DNA of 64,000 nucleotides from Chloroflexi bacterium RBG_13_51_36 (GTDB lineage Bacteria > Chloroflexota > Dehalococcoidia > GIF9 > AB-539-J10). The notes beneath the pieces are model-generated. The model saw only the letters and a list, made by a program, of their open reading frames with translations, made no database searches and was not told where the DNA came from. Shown in pieces: positions 37,620 through 47,234 of this stretch. Numbering within the stretch: the stretch's first letter is position 1; every line of letters begins with the position of its first letter. Location: assembly GCA_001796515.1 (NCBI GenBank), contig MGMS01000009.1, positions 28,054-92,053 of the forward strand, written 5' to 3'. A program made the position numbers and the translations under genes.

Positions 37620-39056
37620 CTAAGACTTCTGGGAATGTTTCTCGGCGTGGGTCAATACTAGATCTATGGCATTGGCGGCAGTGGCAAAAGAGAAGTACAC
37701 AGGCAACTCAGACGCAATAGCACCACGAATGGCAGCCAGAATGGCCGCAGCCTCTTCGGGCATAATACTGGGTTCAAGCACCATGGCCAGCGGCTTGGGG
37801 AAGAATCCCTGCTTTACTGGGAAGCTGGTCATTAACAAATTCCTGACCCAGGTGTCTGATATCCGAGATGTTGTGAATTGACCTGTTCTGACAAATATGA
37901 CCAATAGATCAATTCCTTCCCACCTTGATAGTATATCGAATGTTTTGATTACGCCCTCAGTATTCGTCATGGCCTGTGAATAATCCACGGGGTTTCGCAA
38001 GATATTGCCTGCGACAGGAGTAAACTCTCGTATCTGTGCAACGATATGCGGGGGGATTGGAGGGATTTTTAGCCCTCTGCTTTCAAACTCATCGGCGATT
38101 AGGACGCTGGCCCCCCCTCCAGCGCCGAATAACAACGCATTCCTGCCTCTTAGGAGCGGGAGGAACAGAAGTGTAACCAATACATCGATCATTTCTTCGA
38201 TGCTGCTGACTTTGATGATTCCCAGCTGCTTGCAGAGGGCATCCCAGGTGGCCTTGCTTCCAGCGAGTGCCGCAGTATGGCCGGCAGCGGCTCGAGCGCC
38301 TCCCTCAGTGGCGCCTCCTTTGAGCAATATCACCGTCTTTTCCTTCGTTGCCTCCTCCATGGCTCTGCGGAATCGCTTCCCATCCTTAATTCCTTCAATG
38401 TAAAGGGCTATTATTTTGGTATCTGCATCTTTGGCAAGATATTCAAGCAAATCACTTTCATTGATGTCGCATGCGTTGCCGTAGCTGATGACCTTGCTGA
38501 AGCGTATGCCTCGCAACGCTGCTTGCCTGACCAAGAAAATGGAATTGCCCCCGCTCTGACTGATGACTCCCACCGGGCCACTTTCTTTGGGGAATTCTGG
38601 ACTGTAGGATAGGCGCGATTGGGGACAGTAGATGCCCATGCAGTTAGGCCCGAGAATCCTGATGCCTTTCTTGCGGGCTATTTCCGCCAGTTCGTTTTCC
38701 AGCTTAATTCTCTCTTCTTCACCAGTCTCACTAAAGCCCGCTGTGCAGAAGTGAATTGCCTTTACGCCCTTGTCGGCACATTCCTCCACGAGCCTGGGAG
38801 CAATCTGAGCATTAACCAGGCCAATTACGTAATCGACGTTGCCAGGCACGTCTCTGAGACTGGTATAGACCTTGTGACCTTTAATCTCGCCTCCCTTGGG
38901 ATTAACAAGATAGAGAGGGCGGTCGAACCCAATCTCTAGGAGGCCCTCCAGGAAGGTGAGTGTCCAGTGCCAGGTCTGGGCAGTTGTGATGCCAACGAGG
39001 GCGACCGAATTAGGGTGGAACAGAAAGTCCAGGTCATCTTGGCGTGAATTCTTCAT
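37620..39056 (-). CDS. ADP-forming acyl-CoA synthetase alpha-like (CoA-binding + succinyl-CoA-ligase-like) protein, paralog 1
   Basis: 'SVALVG...' CoA-binding Rossmann fold, 'LGPNCMGIYCP' and 'GVISQSGG' ligase-CoA motifs, 'AGHTAALAGS' phospho-His loop. Start moved to 'MKNSRQDD', which aligns with the paralog N-terminus. Confidence 0.75.
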   Translation of the reverse strand: MKNSRQDDLDFLFHPNSVALVGITTAQTWHWTLTFLEGLLEIGFDRPLYLVNPKGGEIKGHKVYTSLRDVPGNVDYVIGLVNAQIAPRLVEECADKGVKAIHFCTAGFSETGEEERIKLENELAEIARKKGIRILGPNCMGIYCPQSRLSYSPEFPKESGPVGVISQSGGNSIFLVRQAALRGIRFSKVISYGNACDINESDLLEYLAKDADTKIIALYIEGIKDGKRFRRAMEEATKEKTVILLKGGATEGGARAAAGHTAALAGSKATWDALCKQLGIIKVSSIEEMIDVLVTLLFLPLLRGRNALLFGAGGGASVLIADEFESRGLKIPPIPPHIVAQIREFTPVAGNILRNPVDYSQAMTNTEGVIKTFDILSRWEGIDLLVIFVRTGQFTTSRISDTWVRNLLMTSFPVKQGFFPKPLAMVLEPSIMPEEAAAILAAIRGAIASELPVYFSFATAANAIDLVLTHAEKHSQKS

Positions 39057-39475
39057 ATTTCCTATTCCTTCATACTTCATTCGCTCAGGCGAATGGCCAG
39101 GCAATTTCAAGGTGAAGAAGTTGCGTGGTTATACTGATACGAATCTGCTAACTCTTTGTATCAACTTTCCTGAGGTTGCCATGCCATTCAGCGTCCTGTG
39201 AGTAAAAATGCATAGCTAGCTACCTTCCGCCGAAGTATAGCAAAGAGTCTGTGTATTGTAAATCTTGCTCTGGAATCGACGATTTACTCTGAAGGAGCTG
39301 CTCGACAGTGTTTCCAGAAGCACATTCGACGAAGTGATTTGATGACTCGACGGGAATGTGGTAAATTACGTTCGGTTTTTGGAACAACCAGAAGTGTTGA
39401 ATGAAGCTTCTGCCGTAACTTGGCCGTTGTCCGGTCTAGGAATTCTCAGCTCACTTAGTAATTAGGAGACTTGTA

Positions 39476-40927
39476 TTGAATGCAGAAAAACTGGCGAAAC
39501 TCGACTATATCTTCTACCCAAGAACGGTAGCTGTAATAGGCGCTTCCGACAGCGATGGGTTCTCGCAGGCTATGATGGGCACGAGAATCAGAGAAGATCT
39601 GTTCTTGGTTAATCCCAAATACAAGGAACTTCACGGCAAGAGATGCTATGCCAGCATCTTGGATATAGAAGGTGAGATTGACTATGTTGTTATAGCGGTG
39701 CCGGCGTTGCTTGTGCCCCGAGTTTTGGGCGAATGTATAGAAAAGGGAGCAAAAACGGTCCATGTCTTCACAGCCGGTTTTAGTGAAACCGGGTCAGAAG
39801 AAAGGAAGATTCTGGAGGACGAAGTGCGGGAGATAGCCAGAGGTAAGGTCAGCCTGATTGGTCCGAACTGCATGGGAATATGTTGTCCTAAGTCCGGATT
39901 GGCTTTTGTTCCCGATATCTTGACTGAGGAAGGTCCGGTAGGGGTGATTTCACAGAGCGGCACTTTTGCTGAGCAATTCTTGTCTATCGGGAAGCTAAGA
40001 AATGTGAAATTCAGTAAAGTCATTAGCTATGGGAATGCCATAGACCTTGACTGTCCTGACTTTCTGGAATACCTAACGTATGACCCTGATACCAAGGTCA
40101 TAGCTTTGTATATAGAGGGTACAAAAACGGGTGAGCGTCTCAAAACTGCACTGAGTGAAGCTGCGAAACTAAAGCCAGTGCTGGCACTTAAAGGCGGGGT
40201 AAGCGAGCACGGCCGGCGGGCAGCATCTTCTCACACAGGTTCATTGGCCGGTTCACCAGAAATCTGGAGTTCACTCTTTAAACAGGCCGGGGCAGTCCAG
40301 GTGGGAGATTTCGATGAACTGCTGGATGCCGCTCTGGCATTATCCTGCGTTCCGCTGCCCGCAGGGAAAGGGACCGCCATCATTACCAACTCTGGTGGTT
40401 TCAGCGTGGTTGAAACTGATTTGTGCGTGAAAGCAGGATTGGAGGTCCCTCAATTCACGAAGGGGACTATTGCCGAATTACGCAAAATGGTTCCCATAGC
40501 GGGAACAAGCATAAATAATCCCCTGGACGCTTGGCCGATATACTATAACATGACTGGAACGGCGGGGACACTTGCGGACGCTATCAAGGCCGTGTCTCAT
40601 GATAAGAATATTCATGCAGTAGTGTTGCACTTCGATGAGGTGCGTTACCTGCGGCATGTCTTTGGCGAGGCAACTGAAGGCTTCCTGAAGGAACTTGTCA
40701 AGATCATGGTTCAGGGGTGTAAATATGCTCGAGATGAAATGGGCAAGACCGTAATGATTTGTGTTTCACTCGATGCCTATTCAGAGGATGAAAAGGACAG
40801 AGAATATCACTTTCTGGCCAAGAGAGCTTTCGAGGGCGAGCAATTCCCCGTATATTCCACGCTTGGTGCCTCAATCAAGACTCTGTCCAATTTGTACAGG
40901 TATAAGGCTCAGTGTCGCAACCGATAG
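39476..40927 (+). CDS. ADP-forming acyl-CoA synthetase alpha-like protein, paralog 2
   Basis: Colinear with paralog 1 ('TVAVIGASD', 'IGPNCMGICCP', 'GVISQSG', 'SSHTGSLAGS'). Divergently transcribed. Confidence 0.8.
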   Translation: MNAEKLAKLDYIFYPRTVAVIGASDSDGFSQAMMGTRIREDLFLVNPKYKELHGKRCYASILDIEGEIDYVVIAVPALLVPRVLGECIEKGAKTVHVFTAGFSETGSEERKILEDEVREIARGKVSLIGPNCMGICCPKSGLAFVPDILTEEGPVGVISQSGTFAEQFLSIGKLRNVKFSKVISYGNAIDLDCPDFLEYLTYDPDTKVIALYIEGTKTGERLKTALSEAAKLKPVLALKGGVSEHGRRAASSHTGSLAGSPEIWSSLFKQAGAVQVGDFDELLDAALALSCVPLPAGKGTAIITNSGGFSVVETDLCVKAGLEVPQFTKGTIAELRKMVPIAGTSINNPLDAWPIYYNMTGTAGTLADAIKAVSHDKNIHAVVLHFDEVRYLRHVFGEATEGFLKELVKIMVQGCKYARDEMGKTVMICVSLDAYSEDEKDREYHFLAKRAFEGEQFPVYSTLGASIKTLSNLYRYKAQCRNR

Positions 40928-41071
40928 ACTCTGTCAATGTCACCTACAGTCAACTTCGGCAGACCTAGCGGCCTCAGATTTCTTGAGTCGCCAAACATAT
41001 GTCAGACGCGGACCGGTTAAGGGTCACCCCCCAGATGATGCCTCGTAAACTGCCTATCACAGGAAGGGATT

Positions 41072-42205
41072 TCAGACCAGTCCAATCTTCTGGGCCACTA
41101 TCTCTCTGTGGAAATCAGTGTTGCCAAAAGCGATATCCGCAGCCTTGCTTCTGCGGTAGTAAAACGGGATGTCGTGGTCAGCGCTGGTAGCGATTGCCCC
41201 ATGCAGTCTCACCGCCCACTTGGCAACATCCTTATAGACCTCGTTGACATAGGCCTTTGCCATAGAGGCTTCCTTGGCGCAGGGAAGTCCCTCCGACTCC
41301 ATCCAGGCTACTTCATAAACCAGATAGCGGCTAGTTTCCATCGCAGTCCACATATCAGCGAACTTGTGTTGAAGCGCTTGGAAAGAGCCTATGGGCCTCT
41401 CATATTGAACCCTTTCTTTGGAGTAGGCCACGGTCATTTCTACGCAGGTTTCTACAGCGCCTATGGATTCGGCACACTTAGCGATGGCGCCTTTGCGTAG
41501 CATCATTTCCACAATGGGCCATCCCTCATCCAGCTTGCCCAGTATGTTCTTCTTGGGCACACTGACGTCTTTGAAACGCACTTCACATAATTTGTCTGCG
41601 GCGGTGGTAGGCATTACCTCATGACTTATTCCCGGGGTTTTCGAGTCGACAATAAAAACGGTTACTCCCTTCTCGGGCGAGGCGCCGGCCGTTGTCCTAG
41701 CTACACAAAGGATGTAGTTGGCTACATGGGCCATCTCCACGAAGAGCTTCGTGCCGTTTATTACGAAGTCATTTCCCTTTGGTGTTGCCTTAGCAGTGAT
41801 TCCAGAAGCATCGAAGACACCTTCAGCTTCGAGAAGCGCCGTGGTAAGAATCAGTTCGCCCTGGGCTATCTTGGGAAGTAAAGCCTTTTTTTGCTCTTCA
41901 GTTCCTGCTTGGAGTATGGGGAAAGTCCCAGTTATGGTAGCTATTAGTGGTCCGGGGAGGATATTCCTGCCTATCTCCTCTAGGAGAACAATAAGGTCCT
42001 GGAAGGTATAACCCATGCCCCCGTATTCCTCAGGTATGATGAGGCCCATCCAGCCCAGCTCGGCCATCTTCTTCCAGAGTTCGGGAGAGTATCCTTCCTC
42101 GCTCTGTTCCAGTTTTCTGACCAGGGTTTTGGGACATTCTGTACTAAGAAAGTCCCGTGCCATCTTCTTCAGTATCTCTTGTGTTTCGGTAAATCTAAGA
42201 TCCAT
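41072..42205 (-). CDS. acyl-CoA dehydrogenase
   Basis: 377 aa. ACAD N/M/C domains and a C-terminal 'YRRSKAADIAFG...REIVAQKIGL'. Confidence 0.85.
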   Translation of the reverse strand: MDLRFTETQEILKKMARDFLSTECPKTLVRKLEQSEEGYSPELWKKMAELGWMGLIIPEEYGGMGYTFQDLIVLLEEIGRNILPGPLIATITGTFPILQAGTEEQKKALLPKIAQGELILTTALLEAEGVFDASGITAKATPKGNDFVINGTKLFVEMAHVANYILCVARTTAGASPEKGVTVFIVDSKTPGISHEVMPTTAADKLCEVRFKDVSVPKKNILGKLDEGWPIVEMMLRKGAIAKCAESIGAVETCVEMTVAYSKERVQYERPIGSFQALQHKFADMWTAMETSRYLVYEVAWMESEGLPCAKEASMAKAYVNEVYKDVAKWAVRLHGAIATSADHDIPFYYRRSKAADIAFGNTDFHREIVAQKIGLV

Positions 42206-42228
42206 GATCCCTCCTTATCGAAGCGTGG

Positions 42229-43419
42229 TCATCTTATCCTGGGCAGGCCGAGGCCGTACCAGGCGATGATATTCCTTTGTATCTCATTTGTTCCCATGGA
42301 CACAGTGGTTATAAAATGTTCGTGGAACATTCTCTCCCATACCCCGTTCATAGGAGCCCACCGTGAAGTCTTGACCTGACCATAGGGACCTAAAATGTCT
42401 GTGGCCACAAAAGCAAAACGCTCGCCCAGTTCACTGAAGAAAATTTTGCCTGCCGAGGCATCCATCAGAGACATTTCGTTTCTGTTCTGTAAATCAGCGA
42501 CACGGTACGCCAGAGCACGGGCTGCCTCTAGTTGGCACGCCAGCTCAGCCAGCCGATTGCGGACAAGCGGGTTCTTGGCCAGTGGCTGCCCGTGGCGTTT
42601 GGTCTGGTTGCAGAACTCCACTAGGTCTTCTAACCCCCGGATCATGGTCATGATTTCGTTTATACCGGATCTCTCGAAACCAGCCAAAAGATTCACAACA
42701 GCCCAGCCTTCGTGTTCTTGGCCGACGATATTCTTGGCTGGCACGTGGACATCGTCGAAATAGACCTCGCAATAAGGAGCGTGACCATCCAGGTACGGGA
42801 TTGGCCTTATGGTAATCCCCGGCGTCTTCATATCGAGTAGGATGAAGGTCATGTTATGATGTTTCCGAGCAGATGGGTCTGTCTTGAACACGCCAAAGCC
42901 CCAGTCACCTTTGTGAGCGCCGGTGTTCCAGGTCTTCTGACCATTTATGATGTACTCGTCACCCTTTCTTATTGCTGTTGTGGATAGAGAGGCAAGGTCT
43001 GAGCCGGCATTGGGCTCGCTCCATAGCTCACACCACATAGCTTCTCCGCGGGCAATAGGTGGTAGAAATTCTCTCTTTATTTCCTCACTTGCGGCCTGTA
43101 ACAAGGTTGGGGCAAGCATTTGCACTCCGAAGATATCTACCCCGGGAACGCCATGGTATCCCCTGGCTTCAGCAAATAGGACGCGATCCATCATATCGCC
43201 TTTGCCGCCGTATTCCGGTGGCCAGCCTAGGGCCAGCCATCCCTTTTTGGCAAATTCCCTGGCACAATGCAGGTTGTACTCCCAACACTTGTCGTCTTCA
43301 TAGATGGTCTCGAATCCTAGGAAGTTTGGTGGTCTCTTTTTTTCGAGTTCTTTGCATGTGTCGTAGAATTCTTGTTTGCGGACTTTCTGTTCATCTGTTA
43401 GGGCAAGGTCCATATGCAC
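42229..43419 (-). CDS. acyl-CoA dehydrogenase
   Basis: 396 aa. 'WCELWSEPNAGSDLASL' middle-domain motif and 'GTNEIQRNIIA' C-terminal motif. Confidence 0.85.
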   Translation of the reverse strand: MHMDLALTDEQKVRKQEFYDTCKELEKKRPPNFLGFETIYEDDKCWEYNLHCAREFAKKGWLALGWPPEYGGKGDMMDRVLFAEARGYHGVPGVDIFGVQMLAPTLLQAASEEIKREFLPPIARGEAMWCELWSEPNAGSDLASLSTTAIRKGDEYIINGQKTWNTGAHKGDWGFGVFKTDPSARKHHNMTFILLDMKTPGITIRPIPYLDGHAPYCEVYFDDVHVPAKNIVGQEHEGWAVVNLLAGFERSGINEIMTMIRGLEDLVEFCNQTKRHGQPLAKNPLVRNRLAELACQLEAARALAYRVADLQNRNEMSLMDASAGKIFFSELGERFAFVATDILGPYGQVKTSRWAPMNGVWERMFHEHFITTVSMGTNEIQRNIIAWYGLGLPRIR

Positions 43420-43527
43420 CTCCTTTGATTTGAAGATGTTGTAATAGCGTCGCTCGAAGCGGCCGCCTTATTTTATATGGTGGAAAGGAAATTGTCAAAA
43501 GACCTGTGGTGATGGTTCAGTATAAAC

Positions 43528-43782
43528 GTGGTTGATTTTCATAGTATAATGTCTCCTGTGAAAAAGGGGCTAGAGTTATGGCAATATATCATCTCTTTTG
43601 CGATAACCATTCTACTAGGTATCCCTTGGACTATATTGTTTGATTTCCTTAAAACTCTACTTAATAGCACCCTATGGGATATATTCTGCTCAATCCTTTA
43701 TATTCTCGGACTTATCAGCTTTTTCTTCTGGTTTTCCCGCTATCTTGGAAAATCTAGTTCTGATGACTCCAATTCTGATTAA
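43528..43782 (+). CDS. small hypothetical membrane protein in AT-rich patch
   Basis: 84 aa, two TM helices. Low-GC region. Confidence 0.3.
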   Translation: MVDFHSIMSPVKKGLELWQYIISFAITILLGIPWTILFDFLKTLLNSTLWDIFCSILYILGLISFFFWFSRYLGKSSSDDSNSD

Positions 43783-43879
43783 GTATTTAGCTATGTAATA
43801 GGAATTGCCTATTCCTAGTACCAGAGCTACCATAATCAGGAAGTCCGTAGCTGAAAGGTGTCCCATATTCTTAGCCTCA

Positions 43880-44869
43880 CTATTTAAGTGTTGTTACACT
43901 AGTCTGAATAAACGCTCTCTGTTTTAAGCCTTTTGGCTTTCTCTTCGGGTGTTTCCTCTTTACAATAGGCTTTTGTAGCATAGATTTTAGCCTTGTGAAT
44001 GATGTTAGGTTTGGTTTTACGCTCGGTTTTACGTGCCATATAACCTTTGCTCGGCTAACAACTTCAGCCCAATTCCTGAAAGGTGTAGGTATGCCCATCT
44101 TTTGTGCCGGGGGTATATTGCCTAACGTCTCATGTTCCTTGAAGAAGTTGTAGTGGACTAGCCAAGCATCGGTTAGTAGCTCACCTGTTTTCATGCTCTT
44201 GAAGCCACGTACAATTTTCGTTCTATCCTTTAGTGTTCCTTGAAACCGCTCAATAATATTGGTCGAATTTACATCGGTGAAAGGCGTACTCTGAATGTGT
44301 TTCGTATCAGCCCCAAAGACAAGTTCTATTCCATCTATATACGCCCCCATCTTATCGGTAAGAATCCGCTTTGGCGATTTACCCGCTCTGCGTTTCGCTT
44401 CGTTCATTACTAAAGCTGCTTCTTTGGTTGCTCTGCTTTCCGTCAATCGGCTTGCGAGTAGATAGCGTGTCTTTTCGTCTATCACATCGAAGAACCAAAC
44501 TTTCTTCCCCCCGACACGCAATACTGTCTCATCCGCTATCCAAGTGTCGCCGACAATCGGGTGAAAGTCCTTTATCCTTTCTACCGCTTCTTTAGAGAAA
44601 CGCTTTACCCAGTTGTAGATGCCCATTTCCGAATAGTAAGTGCCGAATTGCTGATGTAGATGTCTCTGAATAGCATCTAGAGGCATACCGCCAAAGTAGC
44701 AACTTAAAGCTGCCGATATTATCTTCACGTCCGTTTTCATTTTAGGCAACGTGCCCAATACGAATTTTCGTTTACAGTCCTTGCACCAATAACGCTGGAT
44801 GCCCTGAAAAGTGCCAAATTTGACTACGTTTGGTGAACCGCAGTATTTGCATAAGATATTATTCTCCAT
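43880..44869 (-). CDS. IS6/IS240-family DDE transposase with N-terminal zinc finger
   Basis: 'CKYCGSPNVVKFG...YWCKDCKRKF' zinc finger. 'WIADETVLRVGGKKVWFFDVIDEKTRYLL...ILTDKMGAYIDG' matches the IS240 D-D/E core, with E in 'HYNFFKEHETLG'. Confidence 0.7.
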   Translation of the reverse strand: MENNILCKYCGSPNVVKFGTFQGIQRYWCKDCKRKFVLGTLPKMKTDVKIISAALSCYFGGMPLDAIQRHLHQQFGTYYSEMGIYNWVKRFSKEAVERIKDFHPIVGDTWIADETVLRVGGKKVWFFDVIDEKTRYLLASRLTESRATKEAALVMNEAKRRAGKSPKRILTDKMGAYIDGIELVFGADTKHIQSTPFTDVNSTNIIERFQGTLKDRTKIVRGFKSMKTGELLTDAWLVHYNFFKEHETLGNIPPAQKMGIPTPFRNWAEVVSRAKVIWHVKPSVKPNLTSFTRLKSMLQKPIVKRKHPKRKPKGLKQRAFIQTSVTTLK

Positions 44870-45245
44870 CTAAAAACTCCTCTTGGTCTTTCACATACTT
44901 CTTCATATCCACACCTAGTTGTGTAGCCATATAAGTAAGCATTAAGAAGGTTGCCTTCTCCCCCCTGAACTTTAGTTTCTCCCTTTCTTCCCTCAGTTCA
45001 TATTCCTTTTGCCTTTGCTTCTCGATTTCATCATGTCTGCGTTCCTCTTTGATAGTGTAAACCCACCCTGCGATGAATGAAACGAATCCAGCTACTACTA
45101 GCACAAAGGCAAAGTCACTCCACGTCGGTTTCTCTATAAGGATTAAAGCACCTATAGGAATTAACATAGCCCCAATAGCAGTCCAAAATCCACTCATAAT
45201 AACCCTCCCTTTTAACCTCTTTAAGAGGCTTACTATGTTAGTCAT
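44859..45245 (-). CDS. hypothetical membrane protein (coiled-coil tail), AT-rich
   Basis: 128 aa, 2 TM helices then a Glu/Lys/Arg-rich segment. Ends 11 nt into the transposase ORF. Confidence 0.35.
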   Translation of the reverse strand: MTNIVSLLKRLKGRVIMSGFWTAIGAMLIPIGALILIEKPTWSDFAFVLVVAGFVSFIAGWVYTIKEERRHDEIEKQRQKEYELREEREKLKFRGEKATFLMLTYMATQLGVDMKKYVKDQEEFLDGE

Positions 45246-45496
45246 AGTTCACCTCCAGAGAGGTTTTTGGGGAAAGTATACCACCGCAAGGTGGCATCAA
45301 CCATGAGTATACTGAACCAACGAGAACAGCCCCTTATGTGATTTTGGAGACTGCGTCTTCTGATTGCAGAAGCTACCGGGGAGCGACTAGCATCCGCTCC
45401 TACAAATCTTATTAGCCTCTCCAGGGACTGTGAAAGAGGCTGTGCATATGATTTCGAGATTGACAGCCGCTGCGCATTCGTTGCTATCAATCCTGA

Positions 45497-45724
45497 CTAT
45501 ACTATTTCCAGTCTGACTCTGGTATCCTGTTTCGCTGCTTTCACGCGAAGCAGCGTCCGTAGCGCCTGAGCTACGCGACCTTGTCTGCCGATGACCCTTC
45601 CTTTGTCATCGGGGGCAACCTCTAATTTAATCAGCAGGCCTTCTTCACTAGTTTCTTCGGTGATCTTCACTGCATCAGGCTCTGCCACAATGGCCTTAAT
45701 GATGTATTCCAGCAGGTCTTTCAT
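45497..45724 (-). CDS. KH-domain RNA-binding protein (UPF0109/YlqC-like)
   Basis: 'GRVIGRQGRVAQALRTLL' GXXG KH motif. Follows rpsP as in the conserved rpsP-KH-rimM-trmD cluster. Confidence 0.8.
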   Translation of the reverse strand: MKDLLEYIIKAIVAEPDAVKITEETSEEGLLIKLEVAPDDKGRVIGRQGRVAQALRTLLRVKAAKQDTRVRLEIV

Positions 45725-45740
45725 TTCGCCTCCTTAACAG

Positions 45741-46010
45741 TTAGTTTTGGCCTGAGGTCGGCTTGATTCTGTCCATAATACCTAGTTTGCCTAGCAAGCT
45801 ACGTACCGTGTCTGTAGGCTGAGCTCCACATCTAAGCCACTTTAAAGCCTTTTCTTCATCGATGCTGACAGTTGCGGGGTCAGTCAAAGGATTGTAATGG
45901 CCGATAATATCAATAGATTCACCGTCACGTGGAGAACGTCTATCGGTTACTACTATTCGATAGAATGGTTTGTTTCTCCTCCCCATACGGCGTAGTCTGA
46001 TTCTTACCAT
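45741..46010 (-). CDS. rpsP: 30S ribosomal protein S16
   Basis: '[30 protein letters not shown]' is the canonical N-terminus. Confidence 0.9.
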   Translation of the reverse strand: MVRIRLRRMGRRNKPFYRIVVTDRRSPRDGESIDIIGHYNPLTDPATVSIDEEKALKWLRCGAQPTDTVRSLLGKLGIMDRIKPTSGQN

Positions 46011-46123
46011 TAGCGGTGATTATCTCTTAAACGCCAGTGTTTGTCAATGGCCATTGGCTTAGAGAGCATACTCTGTCGGCTCTGCGGCAAAGCAATGAAA
46101 CAACTAGGCGACGGTCCGGCAAC

Positions 46124-46600
46124 TCATACGATAATTCTGGGAGAGAATACATATACGGTCGTCGTTTTGAACTTCTTCCTTAACAAAGCAAGTTGCGGTC
46201 TGTATATCCTGATCCTTCTCTCCTCGCATGCAACGGGCATGCTAAGCGTTTTTGATATAACTTTCTCCTCTACTTTTCCTTCACACATTATAGCTGCTTC
46301 AGCTTGATTTGCTCCCAGCTCTATAAGCATGGGCAATGGCAGTGCTTGTTGCTCCTCAGTACTCAATATGCTTGTCAGATACGCAAGTTCACTTTTTTTG
46401 AAGAAATGAGTGCTACCGTCGCTGCACACTACGTGAGGATGTTCTTCGTTCAATACATCTGACAGCCTCTTCTGACTCTTTGGCAACCCGGCATTTACTA
46501 CCCTGAGTTCGCCTCTCAAGCATTCCTGGAGCATTTTCTCATAGGGGGATTGTCTCGCTCCATCTTGCAGTGGATTAAGCATTTGTCTATTCTCGGGCAA
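46124..46600 (-). CDS. UPF0216/DUF61-like protein (archaeal-type) at end of A-ATPase operon
   Basis: The pattern 'EEHPHVVCSDGSTHFFKKSELAYLTSIL..EEQ..LPLPMLIE...KVISKTL...YRPQLALLRKKFKTTTVYVF' matches the recalled DUF61 consensus. It overlaps the atpD stop by 14 nt. Confidence 0.5.
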   Translation of the reverse strand: MPENRQMLNPLQDGARQSPYEKMLQECLRGELRVVNAGLPKSQKRLSDVLNEEHPHVVCSDGSTHFFKKSELAYLTSILSTEEQQALPLPMLIELGANQAEAAIMCEGKVEEKVISKTLSMPVACEERRIRIYRPQLALLRKKFKTTTVYVFSPRIIV

Positions 46601-47216
46601 CCAACACCTTCACACGTTTGAGCCGTGCTTTTTCTTCTCTATCTCTTTCCTCAAACTTCATATTCAAGTAGCTTATTGTCGCGTGCAGTCTTGGGATTAT
46701 CACATATTCTAAGGCATTAGTTATCCTTTTTGTCCTATTTATCTCCATTGCCAGTAATTCAAAACTCCTCTGGAGCTCAGCCAACTCCACAATAGCTGTA
46801 AGATATTCTTCGGACAACTCTGCTGCACGGTCTAACCACGAAGAGGTATCAACCAGACTATATCCTTTCATTGGCTTTCGAGCGTCTGTTAGTTCGAAGG
46901 ATGGAAATCGTACACCAGCTATGTTTCTCAAGCCAGCGGTAACTTTCAATTCGGTCTCACTGGCAACTAATTCCTTCTCCATAGCTATATATCCGTGATA
47001 TCCGGCGGCAACAGACAGCGCTTTATAGGCCTGTGATGCTTGATCAAGCAATTTGCTTTTGGCTTCCACTGTATCTCTTGCTGTCTGTAGAAATTCCATG
47101 GTTAATATAGAAAGCCTGTCCTTCACTATTTTTTGCACTCTCTGGGCCAGTGAAAGCCGGCGTTTGAGTTTGACCAGCTCGATTTTTGTAGGCCTGACTT
47201 TGATTAATTCCGGCAT
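46587..47216 (-). CDS. atpD: A/V-type ATP synthase subunit D
   Basis: 'MPELIKVRPTKIELVKLKRRL' and coiled-coil organisation. Operon position after subunit B. Confidence 0.85.
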   Translation of the reverse strand: MPELIKVRPTKIELVKLKRRLSLAQRVQKIVKDRLSILTMEFLQTARDTVEAKSKLLDQASQAYKALSVAAGYHGYIAMEKELVASETELKVTAGLRNIAGVRFPSFELTDARKPMKGYSLVDTSSWLDRAAELSEEYLTAIVELAELQRSFELLAMEINRTKRITNALEYVIIPRLHATISYLNMKFEERDREEKARLKRVKVLVARE

Positions 47217-47234
47217 TTTCCCCCAGATTTGCTT

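Noticed and set aside
43780-44960. Searched for terminal inverted repeats delimiting the IS6-like element
   Set aside because: I found no convincing 14-20 bp inverted match between the flanks by eye. Boundaries are left undefined rather than guessed.
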